DNA from: Bacteroidota bacterium
Lineage (GTDB): Bacteria; Bacteroidota; Bacteroidia; Cytophagales; Cyclobacteriaceae
Length of the DNA stretch: 64,000 nt
Direction: 5' to 3'
NCBI GenBank assembly: GCA_039025475.1
Contig: JBCCOE010000013.1
Span: forward strand, 239 to 64,238
Part shown: positions 48,250 to 58,313 of the stretch, piece after piece
Layout: the number at the start of each line of letters is the position of its first letter
Position numbering within the stretch: the stretch's first letter is position 1
Translations under genes and position numbers: made by a program
The notes under the pieces: generated by a model
What the model was told of the DNA's origin: nothing
Seen by the model: only the letters and a program-made list of their open reading frames with translations
Databases searched by the model: none

Positions 48250-49863
48250 CTAGACCTCCTGATCCATGAGATCCGTAACTACATGATATCTAGGATCATC
48301 AATCGAAGTTTCGATGACATCATTGAATTTTGGATCCGCTTTGAGCAGCAACATTTTACACTCTGGGCTAAGGTGGGTGAGTTTCAGTTTCTTACCTTGG
48401 TTGATGTATTTGTGAGCTAAATTATCTATTGCTTCCACTCCCGAGTGGTCACTTACCCTGGATTCAATAAAGTCTATTTCTACTTGGTTCGGATCACCAC
48501 TAGGGTCAAACTTCTGATTGAAGTTTTGAACTGAGCCAAAGAAAAGTGGCCCCCAGATCTCATACACTTTGGTACCATCGTCTTTCAACCGTTTTCTGGC
48601 CCTAATCATAGTAGCATTCTGCCAGGCGAACACCAGTGCCGACATAATTACACCAGTCATAACGGCTATGGCCAGATCCTGCCAAACTGTGATAGCTGAA
48701 ACAGCAATTAACACAATAGCATCAGCTTTTGGTATTTTATTGATGATCCTGAAACTACTCCAGGCGAATGTACCTATGACAACCATGAACATTACACCTA
48801 CTAAGGCCGCTATCGGAATTTGCTCAATTAAAGGTGCTCCAAACAATATGAATAAAAGCAACGCAACAGCCGCCACGGCACCAGAAAGTCTGCCCCTACC
48901 TCCTGAATTCACATTGATGATGGACTGACCGATCATTGCGCAGCCACCCATTCCTCCAAAAAGTCCATTGAGAATATTTGCTCCACCCTGGGCCACACAT
49001 TCCCTGTTCCCAGAGCCTCTTGTTTCGGTAAGATCATCAACGAGGTTCAATGTCATTAATGATTCGATGAGACCTACCGCAGCCAGTAAAAAAGCGGTCG
49101 ATACTATCAATCCCCAATGACCGGAAAGAGTATCTATGAGGCTAAATATCTGAATCTGAAAAGTGGGTAAAGAACCTTTCAGCCCACTTCCACCACCATC
49201 TCGAATAAAAGAACCCACAGTGCTCACCTCTATACCACCAAATATGGTAAGAGCTGCCACCACAATTATAGCTACCAGTGCAGAAGGTATTTTCTTAGTG
49301 AGTTTAGGGAGGAAATACATAACTACCATGGTTAATACTACCAAAGCCAGCATAGTCCCTAATTCTGTACCTTGAAGCCACTGTGATTGCCCGGCTACGT
49401 TTTCTTTAAACATGCCTAATTGCGAGAGAAAAATAACGATAGCCAACCCGTTGACAAAGCCCATCATAACAGGATGAGGAATAAGACGCACAAATTTACC
49501 CAAACGGAATACTCCTGCAGTAATCTGAATCGCTCCTACCAATAAAAGCGTGATAAATAGCCATTGAAGCCCAAGGTTATTGATAGGGTTTACAAGGCCC
49601 ATTCCCACTTCATTACCTTTTTGGATCATGTGCACCATTACAACGGCCATGGCGCCTGTTGCACCCGAGATCATCCCTGGTCGCCCACCAAAAAGAGACG
49701 TCACCAGTCCCATCATAAAAGCACCGTAGAGGCCTACAAGTGGATCTATACCAGCTACGAAGGCGAAAGCTACAGCTTCCGGAACCAGAGCCAAGGCAAC
49801 CGTTAGCCCTGATAAAATATCATTTTTGGGATTAAAAGTGAAGTTCTGAAAAATGCGCTTCAT
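48250..49863 (-). CDS. SulP-family inorganic anion transporter with STAS domain
   Basis: DILSGLTVALALVPEAVAFA, GGRPGMISGATGA, GGMGGCAMIGQS, GPLFFGS. Confidence 0.94.
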   Translation of the reverse strand: MKRIFQNFTFNPKNDILSGLTVALALVPEAVAFAFVAGIDPLVGLYGAFMMGLVTSLFGGRPGMISGATGAMAVVMVHMIQKGNEVGMGLVNPINNLGLQWLFITLLLVGAIQITAGVFRLGKFVRLIPHPVMMGFVNGLAIVIFLSQLGMFKENVAGQSQWLQGTELGTMLALVVLTMVVMYFLPKLTKKIPSALVAIIVVAALTIFGGIEVSTVGSFIRDGGGSGLKGSLPTFQIQIFSLIDTLSGHWGLIVSTAFLLAAVGLIESLMTLNLVDDLTETRGSGNRECVAQGGANILNGLFGGMGGCAMIGQSIINVNSGGRGRLSGAVAAVALLLFILFGAPLIEQIPIAALVGVMFMVVIGTFAWSSFRIINKIPKADAIVLIAVSAITVWQDLAIAVMTGVIMSALVFAWQNATMIRARKRLKDDGTKVYEIWGPLFFGSVQNFNQKFDPSGDPNQVEIDFIESRVSDHSGVEAIDNLAHKYINQGKKLKLTHLSPECKMLLLKADPKFNDVIETSIDDPRYHVVTDLMDQEV

Positions 49864-49887
49864 GCGGTTTTAATTTTAAAAAAGCCG

Positions 49888-49895
49888 CAAAGGTA
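49888..49895 (-). promoter_or_regulatory. -7 promoter element for sulP
   Basis: TACCTTTG on the minus strand about 25 nt before the ATG. Confidence 0.5.
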
Positions 49896-49930
49896 GACTT
49901 TTCAATTACAAAGCGCTATGTTACTTTAAA

Positions 49931-50377
49931 TCATTCCTGAGTAGTAATATACTTCAGGATTTTCACTACCTGATCGCTGGTTTGAGCCACGGCCATAGCC
50001 TGGGCATCCACTTCTTTTAAGGCATGAGTGAATTCTTCAGGGTGAATGACTATGTATGATTTTCCCAATGCTGCCGCCTGACCGGCATCAAATGCAGCAT
50101 TCCACTGCCGGTACTTTTCACCAAATTTGATAATCACCAAGTCTGCATTTTCTATGCCCGATTTTATTCGAATCGCGTTGATCTTAGCAGCCTTATGATC
50201 CTTCCAAAAACCAGAATCCTCTGTTCCAAGAATTTCAACACCTACATTGTCAGAAGCCTCATGAGTGACCACGGGAGTGCTAAACTCTATAGGCAACTCC
50301 AACCTCCTAGCGCCTTCTATGATCTCTTCCCGCCAATTCGAGTGGATTTCTCCAGATAAATAAACCCTGTATTTCAT
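49931..50377 (-). CDS. YtoQ-family protein (nucleoside 2-deoxyribosyltransferase-like fold)
   Basis: VYLSGEIHSNWR, HEASD, FGEKYRQWNAAFDAG, HALKEVDA. Start ATG 50377. Confidence 0.88.
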   Translation of the reverse strand: MKYRVYLSGEIHSNWREEIIEGARRLELPIEFSTPVVTHEASDNVGVEILGTEDSGFWKDHKAAKINAIRIKSGIENADLVIIKFGEKYRQWNAAFDAGQAAALGKSYIVIHPEEFTHALKEVDAQAMAVAQTSDQVVKILKYITTQE

Positions 50378-50441
50378 AACTCTAGCATTTTCATCAAAAT
50401 TAAACTTCAAAATAGGTAAACAACATATCTGACCAACGGTA

Positions 50442-50472
50442 TTTGCGCCCCTTCATCACTTCTTTATATTTG
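50442..50472 (+). promoter_or_regulatory. sigmaA promoter for the VWA/TPR pair
   Basis: -33 TTTG (50442-50445) and -7 TATATTTG (50465-50472), 19-nt spacer. Confidence 0.7.
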
Positions 50473-50501
50473 CTGGCTGAAATTTTACGTTAGTTTTTTA
50501 T

Positions 50502-51470
50502 ATGACCTGGTTATACTCTTTAGGTGCCATTGAGATTATTTTCATACTACTTTTCATTGTATTCTACGGCGCGTACTTGTTTAGGGTCATAACCACAGCA
50601 AAACATCTCAAAACAGGCTATAGTGGTGTTTTCGTTAAGGTAGGTCTTCGTACACTTTTGCTGGCTACCATAATAATCGCTTTGCTTGGCCCTTCGTTCG
50701 GTGAATCAAAGCGGGAGGTGCAGTCAGTGGGTAAAGATATATTTCTACTTGTCGATTTGTCACAATCCATGAACGCCAACGATATTCAGCCCACACGACT
50801 AGAAAAAGTCAAGTTCGAGCTGAAAAATATTGTAGAAGCTTTCAGCTCAGACCGTATAGGTGTGATCATTTTCTCATCGGAAGCGTTCATGCAGTCGCCT
50901 CTCACCTATGATCAGAATGCAGTTAACATTTTCATAGAGACATTAAATACAAATTTGGTTCCTAATGCCGGTACGGATTTCGCTCCACCGCTTCGTATGG
51001 CGCTTGAAAAACTGAATAGCGACGAATCCCCGGTAACCCAGCAAAAATCAAAAGTTATAGTCATGATCAGTGACGGAGAAGATTTTGGCGACGATACTGA
51101 TCAGGTAGCTGAGGAAATTGAAAGATCGGGAATAAAGTTGTTTTCTCTGGGTATCGGCACATCAAGCGGCAGCAGGTTGAGAACTCGAACGGGTTTCAAA
51201 AAAGACCGGCAGGGCAATGATGTAGTTACGAAGTTGGAAAGTACCTCTTTAAGAAAATTAGCATCAAATTCAGGCGGAAAATACTTCGAGATCAATGCAA
51301 CAAATAACGATGTATCCCGATTAATTAATACAATCAATCGGATTGAAGGTGAGATCAGAGATTCTAGACAAGTCGATGTTTCTGCTAATCGATACTACTA
51401 TTTTTTAGCCTTTGGTTTATTTTTGATGATGATTGAAGTGTTGACGAGCGTTAAAGCAATAAGAATTTAA
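50502..51470 (+). CDS. VWA-domain membrane protein (BatB-like)
   Basis: MIDAS motif VDLSQSM, PTRLE, DRIGVIIFS, PLTYD, GTDF, ISDGEDF. Confidence 0.88.
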   Translation: MTWLYSLGAIEIIFILLFIVFYGAYLFRVITTAKHLKTGYSGVFVKVGLRTLLLATIIIALLGPSFGESKREVQSVGKDIFLLVDLSQSMNANDIQPTRLEKVKFELKNIVEAFSSDRIGVIIFSSEAFMQSPLTYDQNAVNIFIETLNTNLVPNAGTDFAPPLRMALEKLNSDESPVTQQKSKVIVMISDGEDFGDDTDQVAEEIERSGIKLFSLGIGTSSGSRLRTRTGFKKDRQGNDVVTKLESTSLRKLASNSGGKYFEINATNNDVSRLINTINRIEGEIRDSRQVDVSANRYYYFLAFGLFLMMIEVLTSVKAIRI

Positions 51471-51473
51471 TCT

Positions 51474-52361
51474 ATGAAGTTTGTCTTAAGCATACTATTG
51501 GTACTTACTACGTTTAGTGATCTGGACAAGATCGCGAGAGTAAATAAAGCCAAAAAAGAGGCTAAAGAAGCTTATCTCAAAGGTGACTATGAAACCGCGT
51601 TAAGTAAATATAAATTCCTCACCGACTCACTACAGGTTATTGATGACGACATAAGACTTAACATGGCTAACGCTTACTATAATCTGGCCGACACCGCACA
51701 GGCCATTGATAATTACTCACAACTTTTTGATAGCAAGAGCAAAATAGTGAAGTCAACGGCTCATCAACAAATGGGTATTTTGTCAAGTAAAAATCAAAAG
51801 TTTGAAGAAGCGTTGGATCATTTTAAAGAAGCCATAAAAGCTAACCCTACAAACAAAGATGCTCGCTACAACTATGAGTTAATGAAGAAAATCCTGAAAG
51901 AGCAGGAAGAACAAGAACAACAACAGCAAGAAAATCAGGATCAGCAGAACCAGGAAGACAAAAAAGATCAAGATCAGCAGAATCAAGATCAGCAAAATAA
52001 AGACCAGCAGCAGCAGAACGAAGACCAACAAAAACAGGAAGAACAACAGCAGGATCAAAATAAAGAGGGCGAAGGCGAGGAGCAGGAAAAAGACCAGGAG
52101 CAGCAGCAAGAAGAGCAGAAAAAAGAAGAGGAAGGCGAACAAAAAGAAGAAGAACCCAAGCCTGAAGAAGGGGAAGAGTCAGAAAAACAGGAAGGTGAAG
52201 AACAACAAAACCCGCTGTCTGAAAAGCTGGAAGAGATGAAAATCTCAGAAGAAAAGGCTAAAATGATCCTGGAAGCCCTTAAGAACAAGGAGATCCAGTA
52301 TTATCAGCAGAACAAGCGTAAGCCTACCAAGCGCAAAGATCCTAAGAAGCCGGATTGGTAA
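51474..52361 (+). CDS. TPR protein with Q/E-rich linker (BatC-like)
   Basis: TPR helices, ARYNYEL, long Q/E/D/K low-complexity tract, EEKAKMILEAL, C-terminal KPDW. Confidence 0.83.
   Translation: MKFVLSILLVLTTFSDLDKIARVNKAKKEAKEAYLKGDYETALSKYKFLTDSLQVIDDDIRLNMANAYYNLADTAQAIDNYSQLFDSKSKIVKSTAHQQMGILSSKNQKFEEALDHFKEAIKANPTNKDARYNYELMKKILKEQEEQEQQQQENQDQQNQEDKKDQDQQNQDQQNKDQQQQNEDQQKQEEQQQDQNKEGEGEEQEKDQEQQQEEQKKEEEGEQKEEEPKPEEGEESEKQEGEEQQNPLSEKLEEMKISEEKAKMILEALKNKEIQYYQQNKRKPTKRKDPKKPDW
51895..52210 (+). repeat. Low-complexity Q/E/D/K coding tract with imperfect tandem units
   Basis: Recurring gatcagcagaa(c/t)ca(g/a)ga units and CAG/GAA runs. Confidence 0.8.
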
Positions 52362-52510
52362 TTCTATTGGCTTCAAGCTCCTGGCTTCAGGCTTCAAGCA
52401 TTTTTAAATTTGGTAATAAGAATTTCCATTAAAGATGTAGAGCGAAATCCTAAAGAATTTTACCGATCATCTATCTTTTACGAACTCTTTCTAACTGACT
52501 ATGGTTTCCT

Positions 52511-52518
52511 TATTTTTG
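52511..52518 (+). promoter_or_regulatory. -7 promoter element for the thiolase
   Basis: TATTTTTG 50 nt upstream of the ATG. Confidence 0.5.
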
Positions 52519-52567
52519 CGGCCTAACAATAGTTAGGTAGTTCAATCCTTAAATCATAATCATACCC

Positions 52568-53746
52568 ATGAACGCAGTATACATCGTATCCGCAGTGCGG
52601 ACCCCTATCGGAAGTTTTGGAGGAAGTTTGGCAAATATTCCAGCCACGAAACTAGGATCAATAGCTATTGAAGGCGCTTTGAAGAAGGCCGGCGTTGCCG
52701 CCTCTGAAGTGAATGAAGTATTCATGGGCAATGTAATTTCCGCAGGTCTTGGTCAGGCTCCTGCGCGCCAGGCTGCTATTGGGGCAGGTATTGGCACTAA
52801 TGTACCTTGCACATTAATTAATAAAGTATGTGCTTCAGGAATGAAGGCGGTGATGCTCGGTGCACAATCTATTATGTTGGGTATTAATGATGTAGTGGTG
52901 ACTGGGGGTATGGAGAATATGTCGAGTGTTCCATTTTACGTGCCTAAAGCTCGATTTGGTTACAAGTATGGCCACGGTCAGATGCTAGATGGCCTGATGC
53001 ACGATGGTCTTTGGGAAGTGTATAACGGATTCCCTATGGGTAACTGTGCTGATAATACCGCGAAAGAAATGAACATTACCCGTGAAGATCAGGACGAATA
53101 CGCGATTCAATCTTATAAACGCTCTGCAGCTTCTTGGGCAGAAGGCAAGTTCAAAGAAGAAATTGTGCCTGTTGAGATCCCTCAAAGAAAGGGGGATCCT
53201 GTTCTCTTCGATGAAGATGAAGAATATAAGAGTGTAAATTTTGATAAAATGCCAGGTTTACGTCCAGTGTTCTCTAAAGAGGGTACGGTAACCGCAGCCA
53301 ATGCCTCTACCATTAATGACGGCGCTTCGAGTATCATTTTGGTGAGTGAAGAAAAACTAAATGAGCTAGGCCTAACACCTTTAGCCAAGATCATTGGCTT
53401 TGCCGACGCCGCCCAAGAACCCATTTGGTTCACCACGGCTCCGTCGTTAGCCATACCTAAGGCCATTGCACATGCTGGGATAACCTCTGATGAAGTTGAT
53501 TTTTATGAGATTAATGAGGCCTTTTCAGCTGTTGCACTAGCCAACAATAAAGAATTAGGTCTGGACAATGACAAAGTTAATGTGAATGGTGGAGCCGTTT
53601 CGTTAGGCCACCCACTTGGAGCTTCAGGAGCTAGAATTATCACTACCTTAAATAGTGTGCTTCACCAAAATGAGGCCAAAATAGGTGTAGCGGGCATTTG
53701 TAATGGTGGTGGTGGTGCTTCGGCTATCGTGTTAGAGAAGGCTTAA
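52568..53746 (+). CDS. Acetyl-CoA C-acetyltransferase (thiolase)
   Basis: RTPIGSFGG, INKVCASG, NDGAS, GHPLGASGAR, CNGGGG. Confidence 0.95.
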   Translation: MNAVYIVSAVRTPIGSFGGSLANIPATKLGSIAIEGALKKAGVAASEVNEVFMGNVISAGLGQAPARQAAIGAGIGTNVPCTLINKVCASGMKAVMLGAQSIMLGINDVVVTGGMENMSSVPFYVPKARFGYKYGHGQMLDGLMHDGLWEVYNGFPMGNCADNTAKEMNITREDQDEYAIQSYKRSAASWAEGKFKEEIVPVEIPQRKGDPVLFDEDEEYKSVNFDKMPGLRPVFSKEGTVTAANASTINDGASSIILVSEEKLNELGLTPLAKIIGFADAAQEPIWFTTAPSLAIPKAIAHAGITSDEVDFYEINEAFSAVALANNKELGLDNDKVNVNGGAVSLGHPLGASGARIITTLNSVLHQNEAKIGVAGICNGGGGASAIVLEKA

Positions 53747-53766
53747 TTTCAATTTCTATTTATACC

Positions 53767-53774
53767 TAAATTTG
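53767..53774 (+). promoter_or_regulatory. -7 promoter element for the MORN-repeat gene
   Basis: TAAATTTG 43 nt upstream of ATG 53817. Confidence 0.45.
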
Positions 53775-53816
53775 GTGGCCTAATACTAATATTAGTTGTT
53801 CAATATCTTTATAGCT

Positions 53817-55130
53817 ATGAGGTCTATTCTTTTCTTGTTTTCTATGTGTGCTGCGTTACCTGTTTTCTCACAGAAAGAGGTTCGTACCTACTATGACAAT
53901 AGCAATGTCCTTAAGGAAATTTATTTTGTTGATAACAATAACACTGACATTCTGGAGGGTAAATACACCATGTATCATCCCAATAGTGTAGTGGCAACCG
54001 AGGGGGCTTTTGTCAATGGTTACAAACACGGCATGTTCAGACAGTATTACCAAAATGGAACACTACAACGAGTGGTAGAATACAAGGACGGCCTAAGAGA
54101 TGGGCAGGTGAAGATCTATAATGATCAGGGAGCCGTGTTGCAGACTGCTTTTTACGCGAAAGGTGAGCTCACTGATAGTCTATACTTTTATTATGACAAT
54201 GGTCAGGTCAAAAGCAAAGGCCGGTTCATTGATGGTAAACCGGAAGGTGAACTTATCGATTACTATGAGAACGGTGTAGTAAAGCGAAGGATTACCTACA
54301 GCGAAGGTGAGCAAAACGGCCAGTCGTTCACTTACTATGAAGATGGTACCAAGCGCACCGAGGGTAATTATAAAAGCGGTCGGCTGGATGGCAACTACAC
54401 CACGTACTTTCCTTCAGGGAAAGTTGAAACCATTTCAGAAATGATTGCCGGAACAAAATCTGGTGTTTTTAAGAACTATAACGAGCGAGGTCAGCTTCTG
54501 CTAGAAGGCAAGTATGATAATGGACGACTCCATGGAGAGAATATTGCCTATTTTGACAGCGGTAGTATTAAGCATAAATATATTTATCAGGAAGGAATTT
54601 TAGTTGGTGAAAATCAGGCTTTCTACGAATCTGGGAAGGTGAAAACCAAAATTAAAGTAAGTAAAGACCTTGTCAACAAAGAAGTTGTCAATTTTGATTC
54701 CTCTGGCAACAAGCTTTCAAAAGAGCTTTATGTCACTAATAAAAAACATGGTAAGTGGTTGGAATACTATCCAGGAACAGAACAGGTCAGAACAGAAACG
54801 CCTTACGAAATGGGAAGGATCAACGGAAAACGTATTGCTTACCATGCAAATGGAAATGTAGCCAAGGAAGAAATACTTAAATTCGACAATCTGTACGAGA
54901 CAACGCTCACGTATTATGAAACAGGTCAACTAAAAGAGACTATCCCCTATCACTCAGATAAACTTCATGGATTCTATGAAGAGCGTTATGAAGATGGCTC
55001 TACCAAGGTAAAAGGAGAATACGTTGGAAATCGTAAAGTGCTTGAATGGCAATTCTTTGCGGCCAATGGCGAATTGGAAAAAAAAGAAATTTATGAGGCC
55101 GGTAAATTAGTTAAAGTGTTGAACAACTAA
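53817..55130 (+). CDS. Secreted MORN-variant repeat protein (YwqK-like repeats)
   Basis: Signal peptide MRSILFLFSMCAALPVFSQ; about 17 ~24-aa repeats of the type GxxxxYYxNGxxxxxGxYxxGxxxG. Confidence 0.85.
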   Translation: MRSILFLFSMCAALPVFSQKEVRTYYDNSNVLKEIYFVDNNNTDILEGKYTMYHPNSVVATEGAFVNGYKHGMFRQYYQNGTLQRVVEYKDGLRDGQVKIYNDQGAVLQTAFYAKGELTDSLYFYYDNGQVKSKGRFIDGKPEGELIDYYENGVVKRRITYSEGEQNGQSFTYYEDGTKRTEGNYKSGRLDGNYTTYFPSGKVETISEMIAGTKSGVFKNYNERGQLLLEGKYDNGRLHGENIAYFDSGSIKHKYIYQEGILVGENQAFYESGKVKTKIKVSKDLVNKEVVNFDSSGNKLSKELYVTNKKHGKWLEYYPGTEQVRTETPYEMGRINGKRIAYHANGNVAKEEILKFDNLYETTLTYYETGQLKETIPYHSDKLHGFYEERYEDGSTKVKGEYVGNRKVLEWQFFAANGELEKKEIYEAGKLVKVLNN

Positions 55131-55177
55131 ATTCGTATACTACAATTAAGTCTAGAACCCTACTTTTGATCTGTTAA

Positions 55178-56113
55178 ATGAACTCCCTTAAAGAAACCCA
55201 TTTCACTTTCCCCAACCAGACCAACTTCTACCGGGGCAAAGTACGGGACATCTATTACTTTGATGATCACATGGCCATGGTAGCCAGCGATCGAATCTCT
55301 GCTTTTGACGTTATTCTTCCCAGAGCTATTCCTTTTAAAGGTCAGGTTCTAAATGAGATAGCGGCTCGGAATTTAAACGCCACAAAAGAAATTTGTCCAA
55401 ACTGGTTAAGTTCTACTCCTGACCCTAATGTTGCCATAGGGTTGATTTGTGAGCCCTTTCCTGTAGAAATGGTTATCAGAGGATACTTGGCGGGCCATGC
55501 CTGGCGAGAATATCGAAGTGGTAAGCGACAGGTCTGTGGCGTTTTATTGCCTAATGGATTGAAAGAAAACGACAAACTCCCTAATCCCATCATTACGCCT
55601 ACTACTAAAGCGCATGAAGGTCATGATGAAGATATTTCAAGGGAAGAAATACTAGGCCGGGGTGTGGTCAGCGAAAGTGATTATGAAATACTTGAGAATT
55701 ACACCTACCGACTTTTTAATAAAGGAACGGAACTAGCAGCGACTCAAGGCTTGATATTGGTTGATACCAAATACGAGTTTGGAAAAGTCAATGGTACCAT
55801 CCACTTGATTGATGAAGTACATACTCCGGATTCATCACGATATTTTTATCAAGCCGGTTATGCAGAGCGCCAGAAAAGTGGAGAAATACAAAAACAACTT
55901 TCAAAGGAATTCGTGAGACAATGGTTAATATCTGAAGGTTTTCAGGGAAAAGAAGGTCAAGTGATACCGGAAATGACTGACGATATTGTAAAATCCATCT
56001 CAGATAGGTATCTTGAACTGTTTGAAAAAGTGGTAGGGGAATCTCTTGAAAAGCAAGACTATTCTAAAATACTGGACCGGATCAAAGGGAACATAGAAAA
56101 AGAGATCAATTAG
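55178..56113 (+). CDS. purC: SAICAR synthase
   Basis: [55 protein letters not shown]. Confidence 0.96.
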   Translation: MNSLKETHFTFPNQTNFYRGKVRDIYYFDDHMAMVASDRISAFDVILPRAIPFKGQVLNEIAARNLNATKEICPNWLSSTPDPNVAIGLICEPFPVEMVIRGYLAGHAWREYRSGKRQVCGVLLPNGLKENDKLPNPIITPTTKAHEGHDEDISREEILGRGVVSESDYEILENYTYRLFNKGTELAATQGLILVDTKYEFGKVNGTIHLIDEVHTPDSSRYFYQAGYAERQKSGEIQKQLSKEFVRQWLISEGFQGKEGQVIPEMTDDIVKSISDRYLELFEKVVGESLEKQDYSKILDRIKGNIEKEIN

Positions 56114-56127
56114 AGAAACAAAGTAAA

Positions 56128-56502
56128 ATGAAATACACAGTAGATAAGCAGGAAAAATATACACTATTAAAGTTGCACGAGGAAAAACTGGATTCCAGCA
56201 TTGCTCCAAGCCTCAAGTCTGAGCTGATCAAAATCCAGGCAGAAGGCATCAACAATATAATTCTGGATCTATCAGAGGTAAAATACACTGATTCCTCTGG
56301 ACTAAGTGCTTTGTTAGTAGGTAACAGAATTGTACAAGAAGACGGTGGTATTTTTGTATTGGCTAGTCTTTCTGATCATACGACCAAACTGATCAAAATA
56401 TCTCAATTGGACAGCGTGCTGAATATTTTACCTACTGTAGAAGAAGCCGTGGATGCCGTATTTATGCATGAAGTAGAAAAAGAGCTTGGAGACGAGGAGT
56501 AG
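56128..56502 (+). CDS. STAS-domain anti-sigma-factor antagonist
   Basis: ILDLSEVKYTDSSGLSALL (phosphorylatable Ser motif), ISQLDSVL. Confidence 0.9.
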   Translation: MKYTVDKQEKYTLLKLHEEKLDSSIAPSLKSELIKIQAEGINNIILDLSEVKYTDSSGLSALLVGNRIVQEDGGIFVLASLSDHTTKLIKISQLDSVLNILPTVEEAVDAVFMHEVEKELGDEE

Positions 56503-56505
56503 TCT

Positions 56506-57426
56506 TTGTCTTTTGAACTTAAAATATTAGGCGCTAATTCTGCCACACCGGCATATGGCCGGCATCATACCGCACAGGTTTTAGGAACGCAAAAGCATCA
56601 ATTTCTTATCGACTGCGGGGAAGGCACCCAGGAAAGACTAAAGCTTTTTGGAATAAGCCCATTGAAGGTACACCATGCCTTTATTAGTCATTTACATGGC
56701 GACCACTACCTGGGGTTGATGGGTCTCATTTATACGATGCACTTAATGGGAAGGACTCAAGAATTAAATATTTATGGACAAAGAGGGTTAGAAGAGATCA
56801 TACTTACCCAATTACGCCATTCTGATACTGTCCTTAAATATGATATTGTTTTTAACGAGCTGGTTCCCTCTGAGCAGCGTTTGATCTTTGAGGATAAATA
56901 CATTGAAGTACATTCTTTTCCTTTGTATCACAGAATACCATGCTGTGGTTTCCTATTTAGAGAAAAGAAAAAAAGTATCAGACTAAACAAAGAAAAGTTG
57001 CCAAAAGATATCTCTCTGGCAGCTATCGGCCAATTAAAACGTGGTGAAGATGTAACTGATGATCGCGGAGAGGTACTGTATTCCAATGAAGAATTTACCC
57101 TACCTCCTCGTAAATCATGTAGCTATGCTTTCTGTTCTGACACGCGATACAACGAAACCATCTTACCTATAATTAAGGAAGTAGATCTACTGTACCATGA
57201 AACCACATTCGTAAAGGAAATGAAGCAATGGGCAGAATTGACCAACCATAGCACTACAGTAGAAGCAGCCACTATAGCAGCGCGGGGCAATATAAAAAAA
57301 TTGGTTATCGGACATTATTCTGCACGATACAAAGAGCTTGATATTTTTCTTGACGAAGCTCGAGAAGTTTTTCCGAATACCGTGTTAGCCATTGAAGGGG
57401 AATCAATAACTATGGATGACGAATGA
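56506..57426 (+). CDS. rnz: Ribonuclease Z
   Basis: ILGANSATP, DCGEGTQ, SHLHGDH, CSDT, YHETTF, HST, GHYSARY; TTG start. Confidence 0.94.
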   Translation: MSFELKILGANSATPAYGRHHTAQVLGTQKHQFLIDCGEGTQERLKLFGISPLKVHHAFISHLHGDHYLGLMGLIYTMHLMGRTQELNIYGQRGLEEIILTQLRHSDTVLKYDIVFNELVPSEQRLIFEDKYIEVHSFPLYHRIPCCGFLFREKKKSIRLNKEKLPKDISLAAIGQLKRGEDVTDDRGEVLYSNEEFTLPPRKSCSYAFCSDTRYNETILPIIKEVDLLYHETTFVKEMKQWAELTNHSTTVEAATIAARGNIKKLVIGHYSARYKELDIFLDEAREVFPNTVLAIEGESITMDDE

Positions 57427-58223
57427 AGCTAATTGACAAACGTACTAACCTTTTCATAGTCTTAAGTGGTATTTTCTTGACGAATGCACTTGTAGCCGAA
57501 CTGATAGGTCAGAAGATATTTTCTCTGGAAGCTTCATTTGGTTTCGACCCAGCACAAATAAATATGCTTGGAGACTGGGTACTGGATTTCAATCTAACCG
57601 CTGGCGTAGTACTTTGGCCGGTTGTTTTTATTACTACAGATATTATTAACGAATACTTTGGTAAAGAGGGTGTGAAACGGATCACCTATCTCACCGTCAT
57701 CTTTATTGTTTTTGCTTTTTTGGTAATTACCGCGGTCACCTGGCTCAAACCTGCACAATTTTGGCTGGATTTAAACAACACCGATCCGGAAGGCAAACCA
57801 TTCAACATGGACTATGCTTTTGACAAGGTGCTGCTACAAGGCGCTAGAATCATCGTTGGATCGCTGGCGGCATTTTTAATTGGCCAGCTTCTGGATGTTT
57901 TTGTATTTCATAAGCTCCGAAAGATAACGGGTAGCAAATATCTCTGGGTACGTGCCACCGGGTCCACTTTGGTTTCTCAGCTGGTAGACAGCTTTGTAGT
58001 TCTGGGTGTTGCTTTTTATGTACTCGCTCCGGCAGATGCCAAATGGACGCTCACTCAGGTAATTTCTGTAGGTCTCATTAATTACATCTATAAGTTTTTT
58101 GTGGCCGTGGTCTTAACTCCTCTGCTCTACATAGCGCATTATCTGATTGATAATTATCTTGGCAAAGAGAAAGCTGAAGAGCTCACCGAAAACGCAGCAG
58201 AAAGTAGTGAGGGGTTCTTTTAG
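57423..58223 (+). CDS. Queuosine precursor transporter (YhhQ/VUT family)
   Basis: FITTDIINEYFG, GSLAAFLIGQLLDV, RATGSTLVSQLVDS. Confidence 0.9.
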   Translation: MKLIDKRTNLFIVLSGIFLTNALVAELIGQKIFSLEASFGFDPAQINMLGDWVLDFNLTAGVVLWPVVFITTDIINEYFGKEGVKRITYLTVIFIVFAFLVITAVTWLKPAQFWLDLNNTDPEGKPFNMDYAFDKVLLQGARIIVGSLAAFLIGQLLDVFVFHKLRKITGSKYLWVRATGSTLVSQLVDSFVVLGVAFYVLAPADAKWTLTQVISVGLINYIYKFFVAVVLTPLLYIAHYLIDNYLGKEKAEELTENAAESSEGFF

Positions 58224-58313
58224 GATCAAGTAGGCTATTTAACACATCTGCATTTCTGGTTTCATTTAGCGATGGCAGATGGCATGCCTTTTGATAACAA
58301 GATTCTACTGCTA

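Noticed and set aside
51879-52288. Hydrophobic antisense ORFs resembling membrane proteins
   Set aside because: They are the reverse complement of the Q/E-rich tract of the TPR gene.
52367-52399. GGCTTCA heptamer repeats after the TPR gene, and similar TAACG words at 48130-48215
   Set aside because: Only 3-4 short imperfect units, no spacers and no cas genes; not CRISPR, and typical low-complexity intergenic sequence.
53817-55130. YwqK-type toxin-antitoxin system
   Set aside because: No adjacent toxin, and the protein has a signal peptide and housekeeping neighbours.
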